This document shows positions 41,705-51,493 of a stretch of 64,000 nucleotides of DNA, piece after piece. Within the stretch, counting starts at the first letter, position 1. Each line of letters opens with the position of its first letter. The notes under the pieces were generated by a model, which saw only the letters and a list, made by a program, of their open reading frames with translations, ran no database searches and was not told the origin of the DNA. Made by a program: the position numbers and the translations under genes. The stretch lies in the IMG/VR virus record IMGVR_UViG_3300006903_000012. One strand, 5' to 3'. The stretch comes from a virus.

Positions 41705-41911
41705 TCACAAATTTCCGAGTGGCCAACAAAACTCAACTCGCTTACAGTCATTTGGTTGACGTTCGTTCTCTCTAGGAGCATGCTTAATACAAAAATCCGC
41801 AGCTTGCATATTGTTGTCAATGTTATCAATAAGAACTCTACCAGTCATTCCGGAAACTGTTACCGTAGCTGGTTCTCCACACTCATCACACAATCTACTA
41901 AAAACATACAT
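41705..41911 (-). CDS. hypothetical small Cys-containing protein
   Basis: 68-aa ORF directly after the terminase gene. Confidence 0.45.
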   Translation of the reverse strand: MYVFSRLCDECGEPATVTVSGMTGRVLIDNIDNNMQAADFCIKHAPRENERQPNDCKRVEFCWPLGNL

Positions 41912-41913
41912 AT

Positions 41914-43476
41914 CTACACCCTCACAAATTTACGTGCAGCTCGTGGACGAATACTGGCTCCATAGCAAGACATTGAACTAGCTACTGCCAAGTCAATTTT
42001 AGCTTTTGTTTTTTCTTTATCTAATCGAAAGCCGCGTTCAGATTCTTCAGCCACTGCGTTCAAAACATGCGTTCGAAGTGCTGGACTTAAAATTCGATGC
42101 AACTTCTTCGTAACTATCCATTGATAAAGTGCATTATCCGATTCGATGCGTCCAGAGTTCTGTGGAAAATCCACAAAGAGTTTCTTAGAATTATGTGGAT
42201 CATATTTCTTCCGCAAGTTAGTCATAATGGTATGCAATTGATAATTATCATAATAGACTGCTTCGACTTTGAAAGTATCTAACAGCCAAATCAGTTTAGC
42301 ACCGAGAGTTTGCTCCAAATCAATTTCTTTGACATCTGACCCTTCGACAACTTGTGGCTTCCATTCCCAGGCCGCAATAATATCTGGTCCTTGTCGATCT
42401 AAATCCCAATGTGAGATAACTAATGCCGCACTGTCATTATGAACACCAGCATCAGCACCCACAAATAGAAAACGTAGATCACCTTCTTCATTGAGTGATT
42501 CGCATTCTTCTAAAACATCCCATTGAGCGGGTTCGATAAAGACTGATGTACTACTAACCCATTCGTTTTGATGAAGACGTTTATAAGCATTAGGTCGAAG
42601 ATCGGCACGCTGTTGAATATAATATTCCTCAGTCTGCCACGGCATCCGATGTTCATGGCTCCAATAGACTAACATCTTTGACTGTGGAACATAATAAACT
42701 GGTAAATCATCAAGTTCAGGAATTTTTTGACCAAGTAATTGATTTTCATTGCCGTCTTTAAAAACTTGACAGTATAGATTCCACAAAATATCTGATTCGT
42801 TCAAAAATCCGGCGTATGTCTCAACCCAACGAACCGAAAATCGCCGAGTCGGGACGGGGGTCATCTCCTCCCACAGTCTCTTTCTGCGCTCTGATGTGTA
42901 CGCCCACAACTCACTCCACAGTGTTAGTCCAGGATTTCCTCCGGCTTCGCCTTCATAAGCTGTACCGATAGCTTTGACCTTGGTACCTGTATGCTCATTT
43001 GACATTGATGGTTTCTGGTCGGGCACATTCCAACCCAATCGCTTGAGAGTCGGGACCATAGCCGCATAGATGCGGCCTTGCGCTTGTTCCTTGTCATTAG
43101 CAATTGAAATTATTTCATTGGGTGCTTCAACATAATTTCCCCAATAAGACCCAGCTAAACCAGCAGATGCTGTCTTACCACTTTTCTTCGGTTCAGACCA
43201 AAGAACTGTAGTAATTAATTTTGCCCAGATGCCTTTAAAAATATATCTAAAAATTCTTTGCTGATGGTCTTCTAGTCTAACAAGTTTTTCAGTTGTTGGG
43301 TCAATAAAATTACCGTGCGCCCAGTCAACTATATCTGGTGGCTCAACCCAAACAGATTCAACAATTGCATTCGATGCTGACTCAGGTGGATCCAATCGAT
43401 CCGCCAAATCTAAAATTAACTGAGTTGCGAACGGGGCCCCGTTCGCAACTTGTTTAGGTTTGCTTTTTCGGGGCAT
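41914..43476 (-). CDS. terL: terminase large subunit
   Basis: 520 aa. It has a Walker A-like SEPKKSGKTASAG, an ATPase N-terminal half and an acidic nuclease-type C-terminal half (LFVGADAGVHNDSAALVI). Position and size fit terminase large subunits. Confidence 0.8.
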   Translation of the reverse strand: MPRKSKPKQVANGAPFATQLILDLADRLDPPESASNAIVESVWVEPPDIVDWAHGNFIDPTTEKLVRLEDHQQRIFRYIFKGIWAKLITTVLWSEPKKSGKTASAGLAGSYWGNYVEAPNEIISIANDKEQAQGRIYAAMVPTLKRLGWNVPDQKPSMSNEHTGTKVKAIGTAYEGEAGGNPGLTLWSELWAYTSERRKRLWEEMTPVPTRRFSVRWVETYAGFLNESDILWNLYCQVFKDGNENQLLGQKIPELDDLPVYYVPQSKMLVYWSHEHRMPWQTEEYYIQQRADLRPNAYKRLHQNEWVSSTSVFIEPAQWDVLEECESLNEEGDLRFLFVGADAGVHNDSAALVISHWDLDRQGPDIIAAWEWKPQVVEGSDVKEIDLEQTLGAKLIWLLDTFKVEAVYYDNYQLHTIMTNLRKKYDPHNSKKLFVDFPQNSGRIESDNALYQWIVTKKLHRILSPALRTHVLNAVAEESERGFRLDKEKTKAKIDLAVASSMSCYGASIRPRAARKFVRV

Positions 43477-43509
43477 CGTCTACACTTAAATACCTTCTCA
43501 AAGAATTTT

Positions 43510-44124
43510 TTATTGACCATCACTAACAGTAGTTATATTTCCAGCTGGTAATCCAATCAACCCCGCGCCAATTACTTTCCGAAGATCAGCGCCAATGTCA
43601 CGGCGCACCAACGGGTCTGGTATTCGTTTCTGAATCACATCATAGATATAACCAATGATCTGCATTACTTGCTGAACATCAAGCATCGAACCCATCGCGA
43701 TTCGGCGTTCGGTCTCTTGTGCAACTAACTTACGATGCTGACCAATTAAGATTATTAGTTTTTTCATTTGAATTGGATCAAAGCTATCTTGCTCTTGTGC
43801 TTCTTCGCCAATTTCCCAGATTTGAGAATCAAGCAATGCAATCTTTTTAGTTAAGTTTAGAATTTCAGGATCAACAACGGCGGCTTCAAATCTAGCACGC
43901 AAGTTTTTCGGAAGTGGTGTGTACTTAGAATGCTCCCCGGTTGTTGGAGGACGACCAGCTTTTCCACCATGATACTTACACCTCCAACAACCGGGCCGAG
44001 TTTTTTCTTCTCGGTTAATACATTGCTCGCCAATGGCTTTGACAAACTGGCAACGATGTGTCTTATCATCCTTCATGTACTTAATAAGTTTTAAACCCGG
44101 TTTCAGTATGCCCTTTTTAGCCAT
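43510..44124 (-). CDS. terS: probable terminase small subunit
   Basis: 204 aa, immediately upstream of terL. The Cys-rich N-terminus with CKYHGGKAGRPPTTGEHSKY is a motif often seen in small terminases. Confidence 0.4.
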   Translation of the reverse strand: MAKKGILKPGLKLIKYMKDDKTHRCQFVKAIGEQCINREEKTRPGCWRCKYHGGKAGRPPTTGEHSKYTPLPKNLRARFEAAVVDPEILNLTKKIALLDSQIWEIGEEAQEQDSFDPIQMKKLIILIGQHRKLVAQETERRIAMGSMLDVQQVMQIIGYIYDVIQKRIPDPLVRRDIGADLRKVIGAGLIGLPAGNITTVSDGQ

Positions 44125-44142
44125 TTAGCGTTTCCTTAGAAA

Positions 44143-44682
44143 TTATTCAAGTTTCTTTTCAAGTTTAGCAATCTCAGTTACGGCCTTGGCACGTTTCTCT
44201 TCGGCTGTCAAAAGAGTTTCGTATTTCTCTTTAGCTTCCTTGAGCTTCTTCTCAAGATCCTGACGAACCAAATTCTTTGTATGCTCAGTCAGAACCTTAA
44301 GTTTTTCATCAATCCAAGCGGGAACATCAGTATCGAGTTCTTGCAACTCTTCTTTTAGATCACGCAAGAAAATCTTTACAGCCAGCGCATGTTCCAACCC
44401 ACATGCCTTAACATCGAGTTGTTTGATTTGTTCGATATTCATAATGACTTGCCCTCCTGTAGGCATTGAAGAAAATAATTGCTTATAAATTTTATCTTCG
44501 ACTTCTTTAACTAGCACATTTTCTAATTGTTTTCGTTTGTCAAAAATACTTTTGATGTATTCCTCACTGAACTCATCATGAACTATTGGTCTATATTCAT
44601 AACGAAGTTTGTTATCCCAACTCTCATACCTCCCATACCTATTATCCGAATTATACGAATATCTATTACTATCTTCACTCAT
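44143..44682 (-). CDS. hypothetical coiled-coil protein
   Basis: 179-aa ORF. Confidence 0.5.
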   Translation of the reverse strand: MSEDSNRYSYNSDNRYGRYESWDNKLRYEYRPIVHDEFSEEYIKSIFDKRKQLENVLVKEVEDKIYKQLFSSMPTGGQVIMNIEQIKQLDVKACGLEHALAVKIFLRDLKEELQELDTDVPAWIDEKLKVLTEHTKNLVRQDLEKKLKEAKEKYETLLTAEEKRAKAVTEIAKLEKKLE

Positions 44683-44917
44683 TCACACTTTCCTCCCAAT
44701 CTACTTCTTTATACACTCGTCTTTCGCCGCTCTTTGATGAAAACTTCTTCTCGACTAGCTTGTTTGCTTCGACTATAAACCGTTTCTTGTCTCGTTTGAA
44801 AACAATGCCTTGTGGGATATCCTTTCGTTTAGCTGCTGAGATTATTTGAGATTTAGTAAGTCTCGCACCTTCAATACCAAGTGATCTTGGATCATGTGTG
44901 CAGATATATTCTTCCAT
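44675..44917 (-). CDS. hypothetical protein
   Basis: 80-aa ORF, the first gene after a terminator-like hairpin. Confidence 0.45.
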   Translation of the reverse strand: MEEYICTHDPRSLGIEGARLTKSQIISAAKRKDIPQGIVFKRDKKRFIVEANKLVEKKFSSKSGERRVYKEVDWEESVNE

Positions 44918-44960
44918 AAATAAGTTAACCAGTTATCTTTCTTTCCAAAACATCAGGATG

Positions 44961-44993
44961 GAAAAAGACTTTGTCTCGAATTCCGGAGACAAA
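44961..44993 (-). terminator. rho-independent terminator candidate after the modification cluster
   Basis: The minus RNA forms UUUGUCUC-CGGAAUUC-GAGACAAA followed by GUCUUUUUCC. It lies 70 nt downstream of the aminotransferase stop. Confidence 0.5.
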
Positions 44994-45062
44994 ATCTGCA
45001 GCGATATTATAGGTGTGCTCCTTGTCAGTGTCAAGGATTTTGATGGCTTTCAAAATGTATTT

Positions 45063-46094
45063 TTATCCTAATAAATCAACCAACAAAACAGCCGTTTCCA
45101 TAAACTTTTCCAGGTCAGCATCGCTCCCAACAGTAATCCGTATCAGATCACTTAAAGGTAATCCGTGACTGCCCAATGTCCGAATTAGAATTCCTTTCGA
45201 TTCCAAAAACCTAGCGATGGAGAGCGCAGATCGGGGTTTGGTATCATACACCATAAAATTTCCAGCATGTGAAACGAATCTCAAGAAGGGCAGCTTTTCT
45301 TCAATCTGCGCTTCCCATTTGTCCCGCATCTCTAATGTTTCGGAAACAACAACTCTAGAGTGATTCTCCTTGACCGCTTCCTCAGCAAGCAATAGACTCG
45401 GCTCTGAAATCCCCCATGGCAGCCGGAGCTTCTTAAAGATTATAGCTAAAGCCGGATGGCTGATTGTGTAGCCCACACGAATACCCGGAAGCCCATAGGC
45501 TTTAGAAAAAGAATAAATGTAAACCAAGTTTGGATACTTCATCGGATCCAAAAGCGGCCCCGGATTATCTGAAAATTCATAGTAAGCCCGATCTACTGCT
45601 ATCACCCGATCACCATCTAAAAGTTTTTCCAGATCATAGGTATAAGGTAAGGGGTTATTAGGATCACAAAGAAATAACAGTTGATCACCAGCATAGATCT
45701 CATAGGGTAAATCAGATGATTGGTATTCATTTACGGTATAACCATTAAGATCCGCTCGCAGCTTATACATCGAAAACGTAGGAACTACCACGCCCACACT
45801 ATGATATTCTTGAACACAGATCGAGCGAATCAGGACATCTATACATTCGGTCGCGCCCACCATCGCTGTACACATCTCAGGAGCCGATGGGTAAAGTAAA
45901 GACTCCAGATGCTTTGGCGAGCGAGGGTACTCATTATAAGACTGATATAGAACGTCGGCCAGAGAATTATTTTCAACAAATGACTCATTCGCCATCAGAC
46001 GAAGTCCATCAACCTGCTGATGAGATGTATCATAGCTGGTACCTGACACTACCCACTCAGGTAACTCCGATATAATGTCATCAATTCCAGGCAT
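45063..46094 (-). CDS. class I/II PLP-dependent aminotransferase (HisC-like)
   Basis: 343 aa. YSFSKAYGLPGIRVGY contains the PLP-lysine motif SxSK..G..G.R.GY. Overall length fits histidinol-phosphate aminotransferase-like enzymes. Confidence 0.7.
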   Translation of the reverse strand: MPGIDDIISELPEWVVSGTSYDTSHQQVDGLRLMANESFVENNSLADVLYQSYNEYPRSPKHLESLLYPSAPEMCTAMVGATECIDVLIRSICVQEYHSVGVVVPTFSMYKLRADLNGYTVNEYQSSDLPYEIYAGDQLLFLCDPNNPLPYTYDLEKLLDGDRVIAVDRAYYEFSDNPGPLLDPMKYPNLVYIYSFSKAYGLPGIRVGYTISHPALAIIFKKLRLPWGISEPSLLLAEEAVKENHSRVVVSETLEMRDKWEAQIEEKLPFLRFVSHAGNFMVYDTKPRSALSIARFLESKGILIRTLGSHGLPLSDLIRITVGSDADLEKFMETAVLLVDLLG

Positions 46095-46758
46095 CGATGA
46101 TTACTCCTCGCTGAATTAGCTGTTGCTTCCATTCTTGCCGCTTAACACAATGAACACAATGTCCGCATGGTTTATCAGTCAAACTTTCATAGCAGTCATG
46201 CGCATTCCAAATTTCAGGATCCTCAACTAAGCTCCTAGAAAGAATATCGATTCTGTCCCATTCCCACTCCTGAAATGGCGCACTAAATGTAATATCCTCA
46301 CGGGTGGCTTCTTTAGCGGCCAGCATAAATCGTTCATAAAAAGATTCAGTTGCATCAGGAAAGGGGGCATCATCTGGTTCCTTGTGAAACCCGGTCATAA
46401 TCTTAGCGTATCCCAAAGCTAAACCAAAAACCACCGCATGACTCAGTAGAAGTAAATTTCTGGCTTCTAATCTGTTACCTTCTAGAAAAGGCTTCCAACT
46501 TTCACCACTCACTTGGTTTGGATAACTACCCTTTAAAATGGGACTTGTAAGTCGCTTAGATAAATCTGTAATTGGAACGGCATGAAAAGGAATATTATAC
46601 TTTTGGCAAAAATACTTGTTTGATTCGAACTCACCTACAGCTGCCTTCTGTCCATAATCAAACCAGATCACACCGTCTGGTTTCGGGCAGAGAACTAATA
46701 AAGAAATACTATCCATGCCACCGCCGCTCATCAATAAGCTTCTAGTATTCATAGGCAT
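46081..46758 (-). CDS. queC: QueC-family 7-cyano-7-deazaguanine synthase (PP-loop ATPase)
   Basis: Contains LLMSGGGMDSISLL (SGGxDS PP-loop), FDYGQK and a C-terminal CGHCVHCVKR zinc motif, as in QueC. Confidence 0.75.
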   Translation of the reverse strand: MPMNTRSLLMSGGGMDSISLLVLCPKPDGVIWFDYGQKAAVGEFESNKYFCQKYNIPFHAVPITDLSKRLTSPILKGSYPNQVSGESWKPFLEGNRLEARNLLLLSHAVVFGLALGYAKIMTGFHKEPDDAPFPDATESFYERFMLAAKEATREDITFSAPFQEWEWDRIDILSRSLVEDPEIWNAHDCYESLTDKPCGHCVHCVKRQEWKQQLIQRGVIIDAWN

Positions 46759-47032
46759 ACCTTTCCTTTAAAATCTTCAGTAACAAATCGTTGATTTGCT
46801 TCTTCTTGCTTCGATGATGAATATCAAAATGACAATCTCGACAAACACAGGCCATATATTTAGGATCAAAAATTTTTTCAGATCGGACGCGGCCACCACT
46901 CTTTTGTAAAATCTCATGCACCTCCGCACCTGCTGTTCCATGAATCAAGCAGCGTCCATGATCCCGATACCGGACCATTTTGATAATTGTCAGTTTCTCG
47001 GCTTTTGTCAGCTTCTTAACTCGTCTGTCCAT
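46742..47032 (-). CDS. small HNH-type nuclease
   Basis: 96 aa. CLIHG..AEVHEIL..ACVCRDCHFDIHH resembles the HNH beta-beta-alpha-metal finger. Confidence 0.5.
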   Translation of the reverse strand: MDRRVKKLTKAEKLTIIKMVRYRDHGRCLIHGTAGAEVHEILQKSGGRVRSEKIFDPKYMACVCRDCHFDIHHRSKKKQINDLLLKILKERYAYEY

Positions 47033-47639
47033 TTTGATAATAGGCTAAGAACTCTTTCCGAATATCTGAATGCTCAAGAAACAATCCGCTGAGCTTGGCA
47101 GTAACAACCTTACTGTGCCGCATCTTCACACCACGGCAGTTCATACATCCATGCTGACCGACAATAATTACTCCGGCACCGTTAGGCTTCAAATGTTCAT
47201 TAATTGCCTTTGAAATATCCACTGCTAACTGCTCTTGCAAAACTGGTCGTGCCGATAATAACTCAGCCAAACGCGGGATCTTTGATAGCCCAATCACATA
47301 ACCGTCCTTAGATGGGAGATAACCAATTACCATTTGGTAAGTGATAGGCAATAGGTGATGGGGACACAGGCTGGTCGTCTCAATATTCTTGAAGACAACC
47401 ATTTCATCGTAATCACTAGGGAACTTTTTCGACATTAGTTTCTTTATTTGCTTCTCAGTACCCCACATGCCCGAGCACATTTCTATAAGGGACTTAATGA
47501 CTCGCTCCGGTGTCTCTTCAAAGTTAGGATCAGCGTCAACTGTAATTCCCATATCCTGAAGAATTGTCTTCAGATGCAAAGCCATAGCTCCTTGAACTTG
47601 CTTGCTCGGTGGATTGTCAGGAATTGAATCTAATAACAT
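47016..47639 (-). CDS. folE: GTP cyclohydrolase I
   Basis: 207 aa. TSLCPHHLLP and GQHGCMNCRGV match the FolE zinc and catalytic motifs. Confidence 0.8.
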   Translation of the reverse strand: MLLDSIPDNPPSKQVQGAMALHLKTILQDMGITVDADPNFEETPERVIKSLIEMCSGMWGTEKQIKKLMSKKFPSDYDEMVVFKNIETTSLCPHHLLPITYQMVIGYLPSKDGYVIGLSKIPRLAELLSARPVLQEQLAVDISKAINEHLKPNGAGVIIVGQHGCMNCRGVKMRHSKVVTAKLSGLFLEHSDIRKEFLAYYQNGQTS

Positions 47640-48418
47640 CAGCCTAAACCTAACCTTTCTTTTTCCTTAAATAAGAGTTTATCAAGATGTACATTAGAAT
47701 GCTTTCTCAATAATTCAGGAGTAGTCAGAATCTCGAGGAGCAGTGCCATTGCATAAGAATCATATTTGTTATGATCCTTGCCTAGATCTGGCACACCGAA
47801 CTCAGATGTCAAACAATTCCTAACCTGTGTTTTGCTATCTAATCCATCTTTCTTTCTTGTTGATCCTGGACAGATACAAGACTTCCAAGTTGGAATCGGA
47901 ATAACAAGTGTTTGATTAAACTTTGTGTGGTTGTAAATAACATCAAGTACCGCTTGCTTGATTTCCGCCATAGTCTGAACTGCGGAACCATGAGATGCGT
48001 GAGAATAATCCTCGACACAGACAAATAATTGTTTACCAATAATATCTAACGGCAGCTCATCAATTATAAGCCGAAGATGAAGTAACAGGAAATTCAAGTT
48101 TACTGATAACCACTTAACTCGCTCGAATCTGGGTCTCCATCCTTTCTTGCTCTTATCTGGTTTTGATCCAAAGGAAAACCAAGAAACTTTTCGTTCACTG
48201 CCCTTCTTCGAGATTAGGCAGACCGTCAATGGGTTGATCCCCGGATCGATCCCGATGAACACTGTAGAGTTTTTGCCAACCAGGGCTTCGGTAACACATT
48301 TCTCGAAAGTCGCAGTAGTTACAGTGGTCCCCCTCAACCCGGATGAAGAGACCTGCGCGAATACTGTCCGAAACTTTTCGGATTTGATTGATTTGCGTTT
48401 TGATTTCTTGGCGGTCAT
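47639..48418 (-). CDS. RuvC-like Holliday junction resolvase (start uncertain)
   Basis: VFIGIDPGINPLTVCLI is the RuvC/RNase H-like first-strand motif, and later acidic residues are present (VCVEDYS). The track start overlaps the upstream gene by 224 nt, so an internal GTG/TTG start near 48250 is likely. Confidence 0.55.
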   Translation of the reverse strand: MTAKKSKRKSIKSEKFRTVFAQVSSSGLRGTTVTTATFEKCVTEALVGKNSTVFIGIDPGINPLTVCLISKKGSERKVSWFSFGSKPDKSKKGWRPRFERVKWLSVNLNFLLLHLRLIIDELPLDIIGKQLFVCVEDYSHASHGSAVQTMAEIKQAVLDVIYNHTKFNQTLVIPIPTWKSCICPGSTRKKDGLDSKTQVRNCLTSEFGVPDLGKDHNKYDSYAMALLLEILTTPELLRKHSNVHLDKLLFKEKERLGLG

Positions 48419-49100
48419 ATTTTCTTCCTAGAATCTGCACAGTCGGTTCTTTAGTTTTAGTCACCACTACATAAGCTGACAGATCAGCAGCGGTTTTCTT
48501 ACCAATTGATAAAATATCATAAATCTTCAACTGTAAGGCTTTGCTCGGAGTATCCTCAGCATATTTACCTGATGATGTTTTCAGATCAATTCGCAGCAGC
48601 CCACTAAACTGATCTACTTTCTCTCCGATCAGAATCGGTAGTTTCTTAACATCTAAAACCGCATCAATCCGACCCCGAAGTGTAACAAATCCTAAGTCAA
48701 CTTTTTCCTGAATCTCCACTAAACTTTTAGGGAAGTTTATTTTCGACTCAAAAGCCTTGACCAGATTTGCAGACATCTTGCCGCCTTTTTGATACAAAGA
48801 TAACCAGCTATCTCGCTTACCATATTCAATATTTTGGCTATCTTTATATGGTGTCCAAAATTTCTTGAAATTTGGAATAGCCCCAGTCTTCCACAAGTCT
48901 TCCGCAGAGCGATGGATGACCGTCCCAAAAATAAGCGCCGAAGATGTTTTCTTTCTACGAACACCATCAATATGTGATAACCGCCACTGTAACCCACAGG
49001 TCATCCAAGACTTCATTCCACTGGCGGAGATATGCTCTAACTTATAAGTTCCTTTATATTCTCTCTCACTCGGATTTGTCTTGAGTTGTGTCATCATCAC
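48195..49100 (-). CDS. PD-(D/E)XK exonuclease, Cas4/RecB-like
   Basis: 301 aa. A nuclease core (GRIDAVLD, RIDLKTS) and a C-terminal Cys cluster CNYCDFREMC match Cas4/AddB-type nucleases. Confidence 0.65.
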   Translation of the reverse strand: MMMTQLKTNPSEREYKGTYKLEHISASGMKSWMTCGLQWRLSHIDGVRRKKTSSALIFGTVIHRSAEDLWKTGAIPNFKKFWTPYKDSQNIEYGKRDSWLSLYQKGGKMSANLVKAFESKINFPKSLVEIQEKVDLGFVTLRGRIDAVLDVKKLPILIGEKVDQFSGLLRIDLKTSSGKYAEDTPSKALQLKIYDILSIGKKTAADLSAYVVVTKTKEPTVQILGRKYDRQEIKTQINQIRKVSDSIRAGLFIRVEGDHCNYCDFREMCYRSPGWQKLYSVHRDRSGDQPIDGLPNLEEGQ

Positions 49101-50130
49101 TTCCTAAGTCTGATTTTTTGTCTAACATCTCTTGAATTCTGCTCAAGACTAAATCATATACTTTTTTCTTTTTAGTAATAGTTTTATGCGCCTCGCGCCA
49201 GCCATTTCCCAGAGCTGAGTTCTTAATATAAAAAATTGAAGCTCGCTTCTTAATGATTTTTGCTTCAAGAGCTAGGTTGATCAGATCAAGCCGACTGTCT
49301 AAACCGAAACTATATAAGATGGGCACAAATACCTCTCTAAAGGGTGGCCCCACTTTGTTCTTGATTACTTTGATCTTTGATAAGAACCCAACTTGCTTTG
49401 AGCCACCTTTCAAAGTCTGCGCTCGTTTCAGTTCAATCCTGACTGACGCTGTATGCCGCAACATGCGGCCGCCCGGAGTACTGATCTGTGGACCCCAACC
49501 AAAACCACCAATTTTATCTCGAACTTGATTGATAACCAGAACAGCAGTCTTTGTACCTTTTAGATCGGTGTTCAACATTTTACAAAACTTTGTAACGATT
49601 CTGGCTTGCAGCCCAATCTGCATATCAGAAACATCAGCTTCCAACTCTGCCTTAGGAATTAGTGCTGCAATACTATCTAGAACAATCAAATCAACTTTCT
49701 CGCTCAGGATCAATTCTCGAACAATCTCTAATGCCTGCTCAGCCCAGTCAGGTTGTGCAAAAATAAAGCCGGGTTGCTTTTCGTCAATACCACACTGATG
49801 TAAATAATCAGTGTCGAATGAGTTCTCCACATCAACTAAAGCAACGGTTCCACCCGCTCGTTGAACCTCTCGAATAAAATCATAGCTTAGAGTTGTCTTA
49901 CCAGATGATTCAGGACCGAATACTTCTGTTAGACGTCCGCGAGGCAAGCCTCCACGACCCAACGCCCAATTAATAGAAACAGACGAAGATGGGATCACCT
50001 GAATCTCAGGATACGATGATTTATTATTCTCAAATGACCAAACCTGATCGCCAAACTTCTTAATAAGGTCGTTTAGTAAATTCTTGCCTTTAGGCTTCTT
50101 TTCTGCTTTGTTCTTTTTGGACTTCTTCAC
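49066..50130 (-). CDS. RecA-family recombinase
   Basis: 354 aa. Contains the Walker A FGPESSGKTT and Walker B LIVLDSIAAL, and is collinear with RecA. Confidence 0.8.
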   Translation of the reverse strand: MKKSKKNKAEKKPKGKNLLNDLIKKFGDQVWSFENNKSSYPEIQVIPSSSVSINWALGRGGLPRGRLTEVFGPESSGKTTLSYDFIREVQRAGGTVALVDVENSFDTDYLHQCGIDEKQPGFIFAQPDWAEQALEIVRELILSEKVDLIVLDSIAALIPKAELEADVSDMQIGLQARIVTKFCKMLNTDLKGTKTAVLVINQVRDKIGGFGWGPQISTPGGRMLRHTASVRIELKRAQTLKGGSKQVGFLSKIKVIKNKVGPPFREVFVPILYSFGLDSRLDLINLALEAKIIKKRASIFYIKNSALGNGWREAHKTITKKKKVYDLVLSRIQEMLDKKSDLGSDDDTTQDKSE

Positions 50131-50861
50131 TATTTAACCGTCCTTATCTTGGCGGCTGCCAAAATCTCACTGATAGATGCCAAAACTTCAGGATTGGCAG
50201 AATTGATATTCAAAAAGCCAACTTGCTCACGAGTACCATTTACAGTTTGAAATAGATCACCAGTCTCCTGCATAAAAAATACACCACTATTCTTCTGTGC
50301 CTTCGTTGGTGTCATTTTAGAACTTATCTTTTTATCCTTCAATCCTTGCCGTAGTTCAGCAGCAGATAAATTGGTATTGGCTAATATCTTCCACCGGTCT
50401 TTAGTCATCTCCCCTCGCCGGATGTAGCGAGCGGCGGTAGCTAACTTAGGAACTGATGTCTTAAAAATATCTACATCCTTAGGAATATCCTTGACATCTA
50501 GATACTTGCCCGACAAAAAGACTTCCCAATCTAACATATACATATCGGCCATCTGACTGCCCAGATTATAAATTTCTCGAGCATAATCGTAAAATCCAGC
50601 TGAATAGGCTTGAGTAAAAGACTTAGGCAATCCATCCCAGTTTTCTTTGAAATATAAAAGAATCTGACCTAAAGCAAATTTACTAATCTCTTTATTCTTT
50701 GCCCAAGTTGTTCCGATTTTCTGTAGATTCTGCAAACCAGCTAATGATGGTTTCGATCCTAGGTCTTTGATAAGGCTCTGCTGATCAGATGCTAACTTCT
50801 TTATTTCCTGAAGAAAATTCTGTGCAGACACTGGCTTAGTAACTACCTGTTTTGTTGACAT
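50130..50861 (-). CDS. hypothetical protein
   Basis: ATG at 50861 after AAAGGUG, giving 243 aa. Confidence 0.5.
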   Translation of the reverse strand: MSTKQVVTKPVSAQNFLQEIKKLASDQQSLIKDLGSKPSLAGLQNLQKIGTTWAKNKEISKFALGQILLYFKENWDGLPKSFTQAYSAGFYDYAREIYNLGSQMADMYMLDWEVFLSGKYLDVKDIPKDVDIFKTSVPKLATAARYIRRGEMTKDRWKILANTNLSAAELRQGLKDKKISSKMTPTKAQKNSGVFFMQETGDLFQTVNGTREQVGFLNINSANPEVLASISEILAAAKIRTVK

Positions 50862-50869
50862 GCGCACCT

Positions 50870-51493
50870 TTACTCAATAATTCTAGGACCGACAACCGCA
50901 TCCCTAAAATCTAAATCGATTGTCAGAAGATTTTTCAAGTCTTTCAGAATAATTGGCTTCCAATCCGGATTTCTAAATATAGCTGCCGGATGAATGATCG
51001 GATATATCTTCAAACCAAATCTACCCATAAGAACTTTTCCCCGAACGGCAGAAATCTTTTTCTCGGATGGACAAAAGTAAGCCAGTGAAGTGGCTCCGAC
51101 GACAACGACTATTTTGGGTCGTAATGTTTTTAACTGTAACTGTAGGTGGGCACTGCATTGTGCAACCTCACGACCAGTCGGTGGTCGGTTGGCCGGCGGG
51201 CGACACTTAACAATATTAGTAATATAAGTTATATCTTCTGGAAACTTAACCTTCTCTAACAACTCCTGTAGCACTTCACCAGCCCGACCAACAAAGGGTA
51301 GCCCTTGCTCATCTTCATTCTCTCCGGGTGCCTCGCCCACAAACATATAGGTAACATGCGATGTAACTCCCCGACCGACCACCACATTCTGTCGTGTTTT
51401 GTGTAAAGAACATTTCTCGCAAAGCTGCATATACTTAAATGATTTAGGAATAGTACCAATTATCACAATACCCTGGCTCCGTCCTTTGACCAA
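50870..51493 (-). CDS. uracil-DNA glycosylase family 4
   Basis: CEKCSLHK...GEAPGENEDEQGLPFVGRAG and HPAA are family 4 UDG motifs. The track start is TTG and overlaps polA. An ATG at 51430 is an alternative. Confidence 0.75.
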   Translation of the reverse strand: MVKGRSQGIVIIGTIPKSFKYMQLCEKCSLHKTRQNVVVGRGVTSHVTYMFVGEAPGENEDEQGLPFVGRAGEVLQELLEKVKFPEDITYITNIVKCRPPANRPPTGREVAQCSAHLQLQLKTLRPKIVVVVGATSLAYFCPSEKKISAVRGKVLMGRFGLKIYPIIHPAAIFRNPDWKPIILKDLKNLLTIDLDFRDAVVGPRIIE